The translations under genes were made by a program, and so were the position numbers. Shown here piece after piece: positions 28,092 through 37,263 of a DNA stretch of 64,000 bases. This DNA is from Thermoplasmatota archaeon (GTDB lineage Archaea > Thermoplasmatota > E2 > JACPAO01 > JAHFTW01). Position 1 is the stretch's first letter. Each line of letters begins with the position of its first letter. Under the pieces are notes generated by a model. It worked only from the letters and a program-made list of their open reading frames with translations. It did no database searches and had not been told where the DNA came from. The stretch covers positions 1-64,000 of the forward strand of contig JBFIHX010000004.1 of the NCBI GenBank assembly GCA_041601615.1, in the 5' to 3' direction.

Positions 28092-29516
28092 ATGCAACGG
28101 TTGCTCCTCCTGCTCACTTTGATCGCCCTGGCCGGCGCCGCGCCCGCCTCCGCGTACACGCACCCAAGCAGCCAAATCCACGCAAGCGAACTCCAAGACG
28201 CAGTTTGGATCGATGCCTCCGGCACGCTACAGACCGGCATCGACGGCTCCGGCCAATTCGTCGTCACCTACGAACCGTACAATGCCGATATTCACCCTGC
28301 GATGGCAGATTGCTACGGACGCACCCTCTTTCGCGCCTCGCAGACCATGGAAGCCCGCAACGACCCAGCATCGCTCGTGGACTACATTGGCCACGGCACC
28401 GCCACCGCCAGTGCCGTTTGCGCCACTTGGGAAACCGCAGGCTCCGACTTTGACGGCGTCGCCCTCGGGACCAAACTGTTGTCCTGGAGCAGCCTCTACC
28501 CCGGCTCCGGCGACGGCTCCGTCGCCATGCACGAAGAATTTGGCCCCCGCGTTCTAACCGCCAGCGTCAGTTTCGCCAACCCCACAGACTCACCCGCCCA
28601 CGAATGGACCCCATACACCGAAGGAGCAGACATGGTGTTCACCTGGGCCGCAGGCAACACCGGCGGCGACGGCAGCACCGCTAACACCGTCCTCGCCGAT
28701 GGCGACGGGCGCGCCGTGATTGTCGGCGCCCTCGACGCCCAAGCGACCGCCGTAGCCGCCTACTCCTCCACCGGCAAAAAAGGCCAACCCGAAACCTACC
28801 CCACCCTCGTCGCACCCGGCTGCATGTGGGTCGTACAAGAACCCGGAAGCCCCGGTGGAGCCGCCCTGGCCGCCTCGAACCACGTTGTCGGCGACATGCT
28901 GTTCTCCTCCGGCGTCTGCCCCGACGTGGACCTTGACGAGTTCGCCCGCGCCAACGCCCTCGGATACACATTGCACCAAGGCACCAGCTTCTCTGCCCCG
29001 CTCGTAGCAGGCGTCTTTGCCATGATGTTCCAAGTCCACCCCACCCTCGACAACGGCACCGCAATCTACCTCGCCACCCGCACCGCCGACCACTTTCTGA
29101 CCACCAACGACACCAACCGCGACGGCCGCATCAGTCCCGACGAATTCCACGCCCAACACGGCTGGCAAGCCGGCTGGGGACGCATCAACGCCACCGCCGC
29201 CATCACCGCCGCGCACTACCTCCTGCTCCACCCCGACGCCAGCGCCGAGGAAGCCATCCAATGCGCCCGCACCGGACAAAGCGCCGCCGGCACCCTCATC
29301 CTAAATCCCGGCCCCAGCCCTGACCCCTGCGGCCGAACCGCCCCAGAAATCCCCGCCGAAACACCCCTTGCGCCCAATCCGTCCAGCCCCAGCAACAACA
29401 CCGAACCCGACTCCACCACGCCCCCCACGAGCCGCGCCACGCCCGCCACTCCCGCCGCGCCAACAATGTTCGCCATCCTAACACTCGCAGCGATTGCTTT
29501 GGGACGACGTCGGTAA
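28092..29516 (+). CDS. secreted S8 subtilase with atypical first catalytic residue and C-terminal anchor
   Basis: GHGTATAS, AAGN, GTSFSAPLVAG; E aligns to the catalytic D; TM-RRR tail. Confidence 0.82.
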   Translation: MQRLLLLLTLIALAGAAPASAYTHPSSQIHASELQDAVWIDASGTLQTGIDGSGQFVVTYEPYNADIHPAMADCYGRTLFRASQTMEARNDPASLVDYIGHGTATASAVCATWETAGSDFDGVALGTKLLSWSSLYPGSGDGSVAMHEEFGPRVLTASVSFANPTDSPAHEWTPYTEGADMVFTWAAGNTGGDGSTANTVLADGDGRAVIVGALDAQATAVAAYSSTGKKGQPETYPTLVAPGCMWVVQEPGSPGGAALAASNHVVGDMLFSSGVCPDVDLDEFARANALGYTLHQGTSFSAPLVAGVFAMMFQVHPTLDNGTAIYLATRTADHFLTTNDTNRDGRISPDEFHAQHGWQAGWGRINATAAITAAHYLLLHPDASAEEAIQCARTGQSAAGTLILNPGPSPDPCGRTAPEIPAETPLAPNPSSPSNNTEPDSTTPPTSRATPATPAAPTMFAILTLAAIALGRRR

Positions 29517-29547
29517 CGCCTTCACCCCTGAGACCATCCACCCAAGC

Positions 29548-29874
29548 GTGTCGTTGACCCAAAAGCACTGCATCCCCTGCGAGAACGGCACAAAACCCCT
29601 AGAGAGCGCCAAAGTCGAACAACTGCTCACCGAGGTCCCCGACTGGCACCTAGACGGCACCCAGATCGTGCGCGACTTCCTATTCCGGGACTTCCAAGCC
29701 GCCCTCGACTGGATCGTCGCCGCCGGCGCCATCGCCGAAGCCGAAGGACACCACCCCGACTTCCACCTCACCGGCTACCGCAAACTCCAGGTCCGGCTCT
29801 CCACCCACGCCATCGGCGGGCTCTCGGACAACGACTTCATCCTCGCGGCCAAACTCGACCAGGTGCCCCAATGA
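29548..29874 (+). CDS. pterin-4-alpha-carbinolamine dehydratase
   Basis: KHCIPC, AEAEGHHPD, LSTHAIGGLSDNDFILAAK. Confidence 0.92.
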   Translation: MSLTQKHCIPCENGTKPLESAKVEQLLTEVPDWHLDGTQIVRDFLFRDFQAALDWIVAAGAIAEAEGHHPDFHLTGYRKLQVRLSTHAIGGLSDNDFILAAKLDQVPQ

Positions 29875-30635
29875 CCCACCAGGACAGCCCCGCCACAGCA
29901 CGACCCATCGCACTCGTCACAGGAGGCGCCAAACGCATCGGCGCCGCCATCTGCCACAACCTAGCCGCCGACCACGACATCATCATCCACGCCAACAGCA
30001 GCATCGCCGAAGCCGAAACCCTCGCAGCATCCCTCCACGCCGCCGGCACCCACGCCTGGGCACTCCAAGCAGACCTCCAAGACCCCGACGCCGTGCAAAA
30101 ACTCCTTGCCGACGCCCGCGCCCTCTGCGGCCACCCCATCACGGTGCTCATCAACAACGCCAGCCGATTCCCCGAGCAAAACCTCGCCGACGCCACCTGG
30201 AACGACCTCGAAGCCATGGTGCGCCTGCACGCCTGGGCACCCCTCGCCCTCACCCGAGCCCTCGCAGCCCAACCCGACCTCGCCCCCGGCGCCTGTGTCG
30301 TCAACCTCCTCGACACCCGCATCACCAGCATCGACCGCGAACACGTCCCTTACCTCCTCTCCAAGCAAATGCTCGCCGACGCCACCCACATGGCCGCCCG
30401 CCACCTAGCCCCCGCCGTGCGCGTCAACGCCGTCGCCCCCGGCCCAATTTTGCCCCCCAGTAGTAAAACCGGAACCGCCGCCGACGAAGAACTCGAACGA
30501 GGAGCCGCCGCCGTGCCCCTTGGCCGCGCCGGCACCGCCCCCGAAATCGCCCACGCCGTCCGATTCCTCGTCGAAAACCAGTACGTCACAGGCCAAACCG
30601 TGTTCGTCGACGGCGGCCGACACACCCTCGGCTAA
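29871..30635 (+). CDS. SDR oxidoreductase, pteridine reductase/FolM-like
   Basis: TGGAKRIG, INNAS, YLLSK, VNAVAPG, VDGGR; overlaps the PCD stop. Confidence 0.85.
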   Translation: MTHQDSPATARPIALVTGGAKRIGAAICHNLAADHDIIIHANSSIAEAETLAASLHAAGTHAWALQADLQDPDAVQKLLADARALCGHPITVLINNASRFPEQNLADATWNDLEAMVRLHAWAPLALTRALAAQPDLAPGACVVNLLDTRITSIDREHVPYLLSKQMLADATHMAARHLAPAVRVNAVAPGPILPPSSKTGTAADEELERGAAAVPLGRAGTAPEIAHAVRFLVENQYVTGQTVFVDGGRHTLG

Positions 30636-30698
30636 ACGGCAAGCGCTAAGGGGTTCGGCGCCTCCTTCGAATCGGCGCCACGGCGCCAGGTGTCTCCC

Positions 30699-31544
30699 AT
30701 GCGCGTCGCGACCCTCTGCATCCTGATGCTGCTGCTTGCCCCCATTGCCGCCGCGGCCGACGCCGACCGGGACGGAATCTCCGACGACACCGACAACTGC
30801 CCCACCGTCAAAAATGCAGACCAAGCCGACGCAAACAGCGACGGCGTCGGCGACGCCTGCGACCAGGACGAAGACGGCGTCGAAGACGAAATGGACAACT
30901 GTCCAAACACCCATAATTTCGATCAATCCGACTTCAACAGCGACGGCATCGGCGACGCCTGCGACCCCGACGGCGACCAAGTCCTCCTAGACGCCGACAA
31001 CTGCCCCAGCACCCCCAACCCGGACCAAAACGACACCAACGCGGACGGAGTAGGCGACGCCTGCGACACCGACGACGACGGCATCGACGACACCAAAGAC
31101 CTCTGCGTAGGCGTCTACGACCCCGAACAAAGGGACCTCGATGGCGACGGCAAAGGAGACGCCTGCGACAAGGACCGCGACGGCGACGGCTACCGCAACG
31201 AAGACGACGCCTTCCCCGACGACAAACGCTACTCCAGCGACCGCGACAACGACACCATCCCCGACGAATGGGACCAATGCGACGGCATCGACGACCGCAT
31301 CGACAACGACCACGACGGCGTCCCCGACGGCTGCGACCCCCGGTACAAGACCCAGCGCCTCAACGACACCCTTGCAGCCTACGAGTCTGACATCGCCGGC
31401 AACGCCGAAAAGGACGACCGAACCACGCTGCAAACCCTCCGCGACGGCCCCTTCGGAAATCCCACCTACTGGGCCGCACTCATCGTGCTCGGAGTGCTCT
31501 TCATCGCCCTCGTTGCAGTCGCGGCCTTCAAACGCAACCGTTGA
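30699..31544 (+). CDS. thrombospondin type-3 repeat protein, membrane anchored
   Basis: repeated DNCP..N.DQ.D...DGVGDACD; signal peptide and C-terminal TM. Confidence 0.9.
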   Translation: MRVATLCILMLLLAPIAAAADADRDGISDDTDNCPTVKNADQADANSDGVGDACDQDEDGVEDEMDNCPNTHNFDQSDFNSDGIGDACDPDGDQVLLDADNCPSTPNPDQNDTNADGVGDACDTDDDGIDDTKDLCVGVYDPEQRDLDGDGKGDACDKDRDGDGYRNEDDAFPDDKRYSSDRDNDTIPDEWDQCDGIDDRIDNDHDGVPDGCDPRYKTQRLNDTLAAYESDIAGNAEKDDRTTLQTLRDGPFGNPTYWAALIVLGVLFIALVAVAAFKRNR

Positions 31545-31568
31545 ACCCCCCCGCACCCTCGCGCCCGT

Positions 31569-32042
31569 GTGAACCCCACCGGAACCGAATGCCCCACCTT
31601 TGCACTGGAAGCCGCCGTAAGCAAGCGCCCAGTCACCCCCGATGCCCTGCACGGCCACCGCACGGTTTTGATGTTCCACGGCCCGCGCACCACCGACGCC
31701 CCCAAACAAGTGGGCAAGGCCGTGCGCGCCGCGTACCCACTCGCCGAAGACGTCTTCGTAGCCAACGTCGTGGACCTCAAGAGCATGGGCGGACTATGGA
31801 CCAAAGTCGCAACCGCCCAACTCAAGAGCACCTACGAAAAACTGGCCGCCAAACTCACCGAAGTGGACCCCGCCGACTACATCGTCATGTGCCCCGACTG
31901 GAAAGGTGACGTTGCGCCGTTGTTTGGAATCCCCGAGCCCAACCAAGCCGCCGGCATCGCCGTTCTGGACTCCGATGGCAAGATCCTTGGCGCCACGGAC
32001 CAAGGCGACCTCGCCGCCCAAGCACTTGCCTGGCTTGGATGA
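31569..32042 (+). CDS. thioredoxin-fold (AhpC/TSA-like) protein lacking CxxC
   Basis: G..CPTFAL, PDWKGDVAPLFG, AVLDSDGKI. Confidence 0.55.
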   Translation: MNPTGTECPTFALEAAVSKRPVTPDALHGHRTVLMFHGPRTTDAPKQVGKAVRAAYPLAEDVFVANVVDLKSMGGLWTKVATAQLKSTYEKLAAKLTEVDPADYIVMCPDWKGDVAPLFGIPEPNQAAGIAVLDSDGKILGATDQGDLAAQALAWLG

Positions 32043-32091
32043 ACAAGAACCGCCGCACCGACCTCAAGTGCCCCAGGCCCATGCCGCGTCG

Positions 32092-32343
32092 ATGCGATTC
32101 CACGTCATCCTCGCAAGCCTGATTCTGATCGGTGCCACCACCCTCGTCGTCGCCCCCGGCGCCGCCGCCTGCACCCCGTCGCCCATGTGTGTGGTCGAAG
32201 GCGGAATCAACACCGTCAACAACTGCCGCGCCCACATCGCGGACTGCGCCTTCTGGGCCGCCAGCCTACCCGGCACCATCGTCAACGCCTACCTCGCCTA
32301 CGTCCACGGCGTCTACTGCGACGAAGTAGGCATCGGTTGCTGA
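32092..32343 (+). CDS. secreted 6-Cys peptide (83 aa)
   Basis: signal ending PGAAA; mature 57 aa begins and ends with Cys. Confidence 0.7.
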   Translation: MRFHVILASLILIGATTLVVAPGAAACTPSPMCVVEGGINTVNNCRAHIADCAFWAASLPGTIVNAYLAYVHGVYCDEVGIGC

Positions 32344-32435
32344 TTCCGCACCGAACCCTTTCCACCGCCCGCCCGCGCCACCACGCTTATGCCCAGACCC
32401 ATCCATGTTCAGGGTGAACATGTTGAGGGTATCCC

Positions 32436-33593
32436 ATGCGTGATGTGTGCGTCGTCGGCGTCGGCATCACAAAGTACGGACGACACCAGTTGCACGCCCG
32501 AGAATTGATGAGCATGGCCGCCGACGCAGCGATCGGCAACGCCGGCATCGACGCCACGGACATCGAAGGCGGCTATTTTGGCAACGCATTCGGAATGGCC
32601 GAAAAACAGGGCCACCTCGGACCCCTCATCATGACGGCACTCGGCATCCCCGAAGTGCCCGCCACCGTCATGGAGACCGCCTGCGCCAGCGCCGGAACCG
32701 CCTTCCACCACGCCTACCGAGACGTAGCCGGCGGCTTTAGCGACATCGTGCTCACCGGCGGCGTCGAACGCGTCAGCATGCTCGACACCCTCACCGCCAC
32801 GACCTACTTCTCCTACGGCAGCGACTACACCTTCGAAGGCGGCAACGGCTGCAGCTTCCCCGGCCTCTACGCCACCATGGCCCGCGGCTACTTTGACAAA
32901 TACGGCGCCACCGAGGAAGACCTCGCCGCCGTCGCCATCAAAAACCACCACAACGCCACCATGAACCCCGTTGCACACCTGCAAAAGGAAATCACCATGG
33001 ACGACGTGATGGGCTCGATGAAGGTCGCAGATCCGCTGAAGCTCTACGACGCCTGCCCCTTCAGCGACGGAGCCGCCGCCGTGATCCTCTGCGACGAAGA
33101 AACCGCCAAGAAACTCACAGACACCCCCGTCTACGTCGAAGCCAGCACCCGAAGCGGCAGTGTTGCAAGCCTGCACGACCGCGACGACCTCACAACGATC
33201 CCCGGCTCCGTGCGCGCCGGCGAATTGGCCTACAAGCAAGCCAAAATGACCCCCAAAGACATGGACTTCTGGGAAGTGCACGATTGCTTCACCATCGCCG
33301 AAGTGGTCGCAAGCGAAGACCTCGGCATCTTCGAGCGCGGCACAGGCGCACAAGCCGCCACCGACGGACTCACCGCTCACGACGGCAAGCGACCCATCAA
33401 CCCCAGCGGCGGTCTCAAAGCCAAAGGCCACCCCGTCGGCGCCACCGGAGCGGGCCAAATCGTGGAAGTCTACGAACAGCTACTCGGACAAGCAGGCGGA
33501 CGCCAAGTTAGCGACGCAACACGCGCCATGACCCACAACGTCGGCGCCACCGGCGGAACCGTAGTTACGAATATTTTGAGCCGGAGGTCCTGA
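32436..33593 (+). CDS. acetyl-CoA acetyltransferase (archaeal thiolase)
   Basis: ETACASA, EVHDCFT, NPSGGLKAKGHPVGATG. Confidence 0.93.
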   Translation: MRDVCVVGVGITKYGRHQLHARELMSMAADAAIGNAGIDATDIEGGYFGNAFGMAEKQGHLGPLIMTALGIPEVPATVMETACASAGTAFHHAYRDVAGGFSDIVLTGGVERVSMLDTLTATTYFSYGSDYTFEGGNGCSFPGLYATMARGYFDKYGATEEDLAAVAIKNHHNATMNPVAHLQKEITMDDVMGSMKVADPLKLYDACPFSDGAAAVILCDEETAKKLTDTPVYVEASTRSGSVASLHDRDDLTTIPGSVRAGELAYKQAKMTPKDMDFWEVHDCFTIAEVVASEDLGIFERGTGAQAATDGLTAHDGKRPINPSGGLKAKGHPVGATGAGQIVEVYEQLLGQAGGRQVSDATRAMTHNVGATGGTVVTNILSRRS

Positions 33594-33675
33594 GCATGCG
33601 ATGGACCTACGGCTCAGTGCGCGAAGCGAACGGACGCCGAGGCCCGCAGGGCCTTGACGGCGGGAGGCGAAACTG

Positions 33676-34074
33676 ATGGGACAAGAACAAGTCCACGCGG
33701 CGCCGCGCCCCATGCTTTCCATGACGGAGCAACAAGCCAAGCTCAAGGACGGCGAAATCTGGGGCTTCCACTGTGATGCTTGCTCCTACGAACAATTCAG
33801 CCCCATGCTGCGCTGCCCCAAGTGCCGCAAATCCGAACTCTCCACGCGCCAGTTCAGCAACAAAGGCAAAGTCATCAGCTACACCATCCAGAGTGTTGCC
33901 GCCGAGGCGTTCCTGAACGAAACGCCATTCGCCTTCGCCATCATCGACCTCGACGACGGCCCTAAGGTTAGTGGTTGGGTGCCTTGGATTGGCCGCCCGT
34001 CCGAGCTTCCCCTCGGTTCGGCCGTGGAGTACACGCCGAGCTACAAGCCGGGAATGCAATTCGAGAAGTGTTGA
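33676..34074 (+). CDS. DUF35 Zn-ribbon/OB-fold thiolase partner
   Basis: CDAC...CPKC, GKVISYTI, directly downstream of the thiolase. Confidence 0.9.
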   Translation: MGQEQVHAAPRPMLSMTEQQAKLKDGEIWGFHCDACSYEQFSPMLRCPKCRKSELSTRQFSNKGKVISYTIQSVAAEAFLNETPFAFAIIDLDDGPKVSGWVPWIGRPSELPLGSAVEYTPSYKPGMQFEKC

Positions 34075-34168
34075 GCGAAGCGAAACATTTCTCGAAGAGC
34101 GAGGCCGCAGGCCGAGCGGACCTTGGCGGCATGCTTGCACGCCGTCAAGGGGTTCGAGAAAGGCCGAG

Positions 34169-34310
34169 GCGCCCAGCGCCGAGGTCTTTCTCGCGTGTTC
34201 ACGAACCATGACACTCCACCCCCCGTTAATGCCGCACGCCGACGCGCCCAGCGCCGAGGTCTTTCTCGCGTGTTGACGAACCGTGGCACTCCACCCACCG
34301 CAATGCCGCA
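34169..34310. repeat. two imperfect tandem copies of a ~68-bp unit (period about 75 bp)
   Basis: gcgcccagcgccgaggtctttctcgcgtgtt(c/g)acgaacc...cactccacc...aatgccgca at ~34169 and ~34244. Confidence 0.85.
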
Positions 34311-34465
34311 GCCCCACCGGACCCAGGACAGCACAGAAGGCACAAGAGATAGAACCCGAGTGTATTGAGCCAATCAAACCGCTCTTGCAACCCATGAAAG
34401 TTTCCATTCCAGACACCCTGCGGCCATCCGATAAACTATTTTGACCCCCTTCCCCCATCCAGATT

Positions 34466-35281
34466 ATGGCCGACCTTCCCCACCTTGGCGTCGGACTGGG
34501 ATACCGCGAACCGATGCGCAGGGACATCCTCGCCAACCTTGGTGGCCTGGATTTTTTTGAAGTGGTCACGGACGCATACTTTCGCAACCCCAAGGCTTTG
34601 CAGGCGCTCGCGTCGCTGAAAACCTGCATTCCCCACTCCCTGCACTGCTCTGTGGGCTCCAGCACTGAACCCGCGTACCTGGAGAAGGTCGCAGGCATTG
34701 TCGAGAGCCTGGCGCCCCCGTGGCACTCCGACCACCTCGCCTTCACACACGCAGGCAACGTTTCCTCAGGCCACCTTGCGCCCATCCCTTACACGGACGA
34801 AGCCCTCGACCTCGTAGTGCAAAACATCCGCCGCATCCAAGCCCGCATCCCGGTGCCGTTTGCCCTCGAAAACATCACCATGGTGTTCTACTGGCCACAC
34901 TCCACCATGGACGAACACACGTTCCTGTCCGAAGTAGTTCGCCGCACCGGATGCCACCTCTTGCTCGATCTGGAAAACGTCCGCGTCAACACCATCAACC
35001 ACGGCCTATACGGTCGAGGCGGGCGCGACTTTCTTGACGCCCTGCCCCTGGAACGAGTGGCCCAAGTGCACATCGCCGGCGGCCAGCACCACAAAGGGCT
35101 CGAACACGACACCCACGCTGCGCCGGTCTCTGCCGCCACCTGGGACCTGCTTTCGTATCTTTGCGACCATGTCACCCCGCCGGGAATCCTTCTGGAACGA
35201 GACGCGGCGCTACCTCCATTTTCGGAACTTCTTGCAGAGGTCCAACGCGCCCGCTCCATCGTGCAGAGGGTGCTTGCATGA
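34466..35281 (+). CDS. DUF692 family multinuclear non-heme iron oxidative enzyme (MNIO; MbnB/TglH/ChrH/BufB-like)
   Basis: GVGLGYR, DFFEV, PHS, SDHLAF, LEN, LLLDLEN, HIAGG, DTH, LLERD metal-ligand motifs. Confidence 0.93.
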   Translation: MADLPHLGVGLGYREPMRRDILANLGGLDFFEVVTDAYFRNPKALQALASLKTCIPHSLHCSVGSSTEPAYLEKVAGIVESLAPPWHSDHLAFTHAGNVSSGHLAPIPYTDEALDLVVQNIRRIQARIPVPFALENITMVFYWPHSTMDEHTFLSEVVRRTGCHLLLDLENVRVNTINHGLYGRGGRDFLDALPLERVAQVHIAGGQHHKGLEHDTHAAPVSAATWDLLSYLCDHVTPPGILLERDAALPPFSELLAEVQRARSIVQRVLA

Positions 35282-36072
35282 GCATGGAAGCGATGCAGGT
35301 GGTGGCCGCAAAGCTGCTGACCGACCACGAATACCGCGCCTCCTTCTTCGATGCTCCACCCAACGCATTCGCGGATCACGGATTGGAACGCGCGGAGTTT
35401 CTGGTGTTGCGGATGCTCGACGCAAGCAAGCTGGACATTGTCTCCGAAGGCTATGTGGGCAAACGCTGGGACGTGATCGGCTCCGTGTTTCCACGAACAC
35501 TCGACGCCCTTGCCCATTTCTGCCCCGGCGCCCGCCAAACCTACCTAGAATCCACCTCGACCCCTGCAAACGACACCGAAGAACGGGCTGCATTCCGGAC
35601 GTTTCTGGACGAAACTATCGATGTGGCTACGGACGAACGCCGGTATCTTTGCGACCTAGCGCACTTGGACGGGGCACTACACGACCATCCACTTCCAGCC
35701 GGGCTTCCGGAATACCGATTCCGCCCAGAGAGTACCAAGCCACGTCGAGCAGCCGACGCCATCACCCTTGCCGTCGCCGGACCCTTAGAGCACCACATCG
35801 GACTCCGCACCAACACGAGCGCCCCCAGGCTCGAAGCATCCTCTTCGCCGCTGCCCTGGAGCTACTCGGAGAGTCCTCGGAACCTGTTGGTGCTGCGCGA
35901 GGGAGGCTCGTTCACACTCGAACTCCTGGACGACAACCAAGCGGCACTGCTTGCATCCTGCGACGGCACCCAGACCGTTGCCGCATTGGTGCAAGCGCAT
36001 GGAACAGACGCAGATAACCGGCTTCGCACATGGTTTCGGCACCGTATTGTGGAAGACGCAGCAAGCGTCTGA
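35278..36072 (+). CDS. MNIO partner protein (DUF2063/HvfC/BufC-like, C-terminal winged-helix/RRE-like)
   Basis: ATGA overlap with DUF692; KRWDVIGSVFPRTLDAL, DLAHLD, LLASCDGTQTVAAL. Confidence 0.75.
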   Translation: MSMEAMQVVAAKLLTDHEYRASFFDAPPNAFADHGLERAEFLVLRMLDASKLDIVSEGYVGKRWDVIGSVFPRTLDALAHFCPGARQTYLESTSTPANDTEERAAFRTFLDETIDVATDERRYLCDLAHLDGALHDHPLPAGLPEYRFRPESTKPRRAADAITLAVAGPLEHHIGLRTNTSAPRLEASSSPLPWSYSESPRNLLVLREGGSFTLELLDDNQAALLASCDGTQTVAALVQAHGTDADNRLRTWFRHRIVEDAASV

Positions 36073-36074
36073 AC

Positions 36075-36270
36075 ACGACTGAAATTAAATCTCAAGGTTT
36101 TCTTTTACTTTCATACCCATTTTAGTACCCACAAACGTCGCTTTGTTCCCCGTTTCCTAGTTATTTCATTCCCCCTCTTGCATTCTCAAATATATACTTG
36201 ATTGATTCTGATTAAGTGTGGAACATTATTCCTGCCAGTTGCAAACGGCCTTCTCGGCCAATTGCACAAC
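36075..36270 (+). promoter_or_regulatory. AT-rich promoter region with TATA-like box (~36188-36197) and a 5'-leader hairpin (36238-36270)
   Basis: aaatatatac; gttgcaa..ggcc-ttctc-ggcc..ttgca.aac followed by AAGGAG. Confidence 0.55.
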
Positions 36271-36286
36271 AAGGAGAGACACAAAC

Positions 36287-36604
36287 ATGAGCTACATCAA
36301 GCCCCTCGTCACCCTACTCGACAACACGACCGAACTCGCCGGCTGCCGCCCCTGCATCCAAGTCGGAGCCCTCGCCATCGGCCGCCAACCCAGCATCACC
36401 CTCGGCGACTCCATCGACGGCGTTCCGAGCAACGCCACGACCGTCGGCGCCCCGTGCCCCACGGCCCCCACCCCCGGCACCCCCGAAGTCGGCGGAATCA
36501 GCAAACCCGGACCGATCGACACCAACGACATCATCGCCAGCCACGGCATCTCCGACTCCTTCTCGGCAGACGTGGGCGGCGTAGACGTCACCGTCACCCT
36601 CTAG
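36287..36604 (+). CDS. small CxxC protein (105 aa), candidate MNIO substrate/RiPP precursor
   Basis: AAGGAG RBS, host-like C-ending codons, GCRPC at residues 19-23, directly after the MNIO pair. Confidence 0.65.
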   Translation: MSYIKPLVTLLDNTTELAGCRPCIQVGALAIGRQPSITLGDSIDGVPSNATTVGAPCPTAPTPGTPEVGGISKPGPIDTNDIIASHGISDSFSADVGGVDVTVTL

Positions 36605-36627
36605 GATCAGAGCAAGGACTGATATCC

Positions 36628-37263
36628 ATGCTCCCAAGAAAGATCCTGCTGCTCGCAGTGGCAATCCTGGTGACCCCCATGGTTGCCCCAGCTGGAGGCG
36701 CACACCCATACCCTGTGCCGGCCCCCGACCTAGGCCCCTGCAACGCCAGCGAACCGTCGCACCACTACGTCACCGGCACCAGCCTCGACGTTGGCAACTC
36801 CGCCCTGCCCACCGTCACGTGGCGCACCACCGTACTCCTGTTCGACTCGTGCGCCTTCATCGATGGTGAGGGCGACTTTGGCGTCGGCGGCGGCTTCCTG
36901 CCCACCAACCACCACGGCATTAACGGCGCTGGCGTGTGGAGCGGCGAAGTGTGCGTCGAAGACGACGTCTACGGTTTCGACGTGGAATTCGTTGTGGGCG
37001 TCAGCCCCGGCGGCGGCGTCATCAACGAAGTCGCACACGGAACCGGCTGCATCTACGTCAGCCTGCCCTCCTTCTACCCCCAGCCCGCACCGAACCCGCC
37101 CTCCCCGGGCGCGGACGGTGGCATCTGGGTGTTCCTGGAGAACACCGTTGGCGACCCCAACGCGGCAACGCAGATCAACCTCGACCCGAGCAACGTCTCG
37201 GCGACCGCCAAGGTTGCCCCCGGCGTAGTCGTGCCCACCACGGGACACATCTACACCCAGTAG
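36628..37263 (+). CDS. secreted hypothetical protein (4 Cys, His pairs)
   Basis: signal peptide MLPRKILLLAVAILV, AAGGA upstream, co-oriented with the candidate precursor. Confidence 0.7.
   Translation: MLPRKILLLAVAILVTPMVAPAGGAHPYPVPAPDLGPCNASEPSHHYVTGTSLDVGNSALPTVTWRTTVLLFDSCAFIDGEGDFGVGGGFLPTNHHGINGAGVWSGEVCVEDDVYGFDVEFVVGVSPGGGVINEVAHGTGCIYVSLPSFYPQPAPNPPSPGADGGIWVFLENTVGDPNAATQINLDPSNVSATAKVAPGVVVPTTGHIYTQ

Noticed and set aside
30760-31340. Repetitive GAC-rich DNA
   Set aside because: Fully explained by thrombospondin type-3 protein repeats.
32436-34074. Thiolase + DUF35 as part of the MNIO cluster
   Set aside because: This is a widespread archaeal pair (mevalonate/acyl-CoA metabolism) and is separated from the MNIO by a repeat-containing gap; HMG-CoA synthase being absent here is not unusual.
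34169-34310. Possible CRISPR array
   Set aside because: Only two units, the region between the conserved parts is also similar rather than a unique spacer, and no cas genes are nearby.
36287-36360. LAGC read as a lipobox in the candidate precursor
   Set aside because: The preceding segment (DNTTE) is polar and acidic with no hydrophobic core, so it is unlikely to be a lipoprotein signal.
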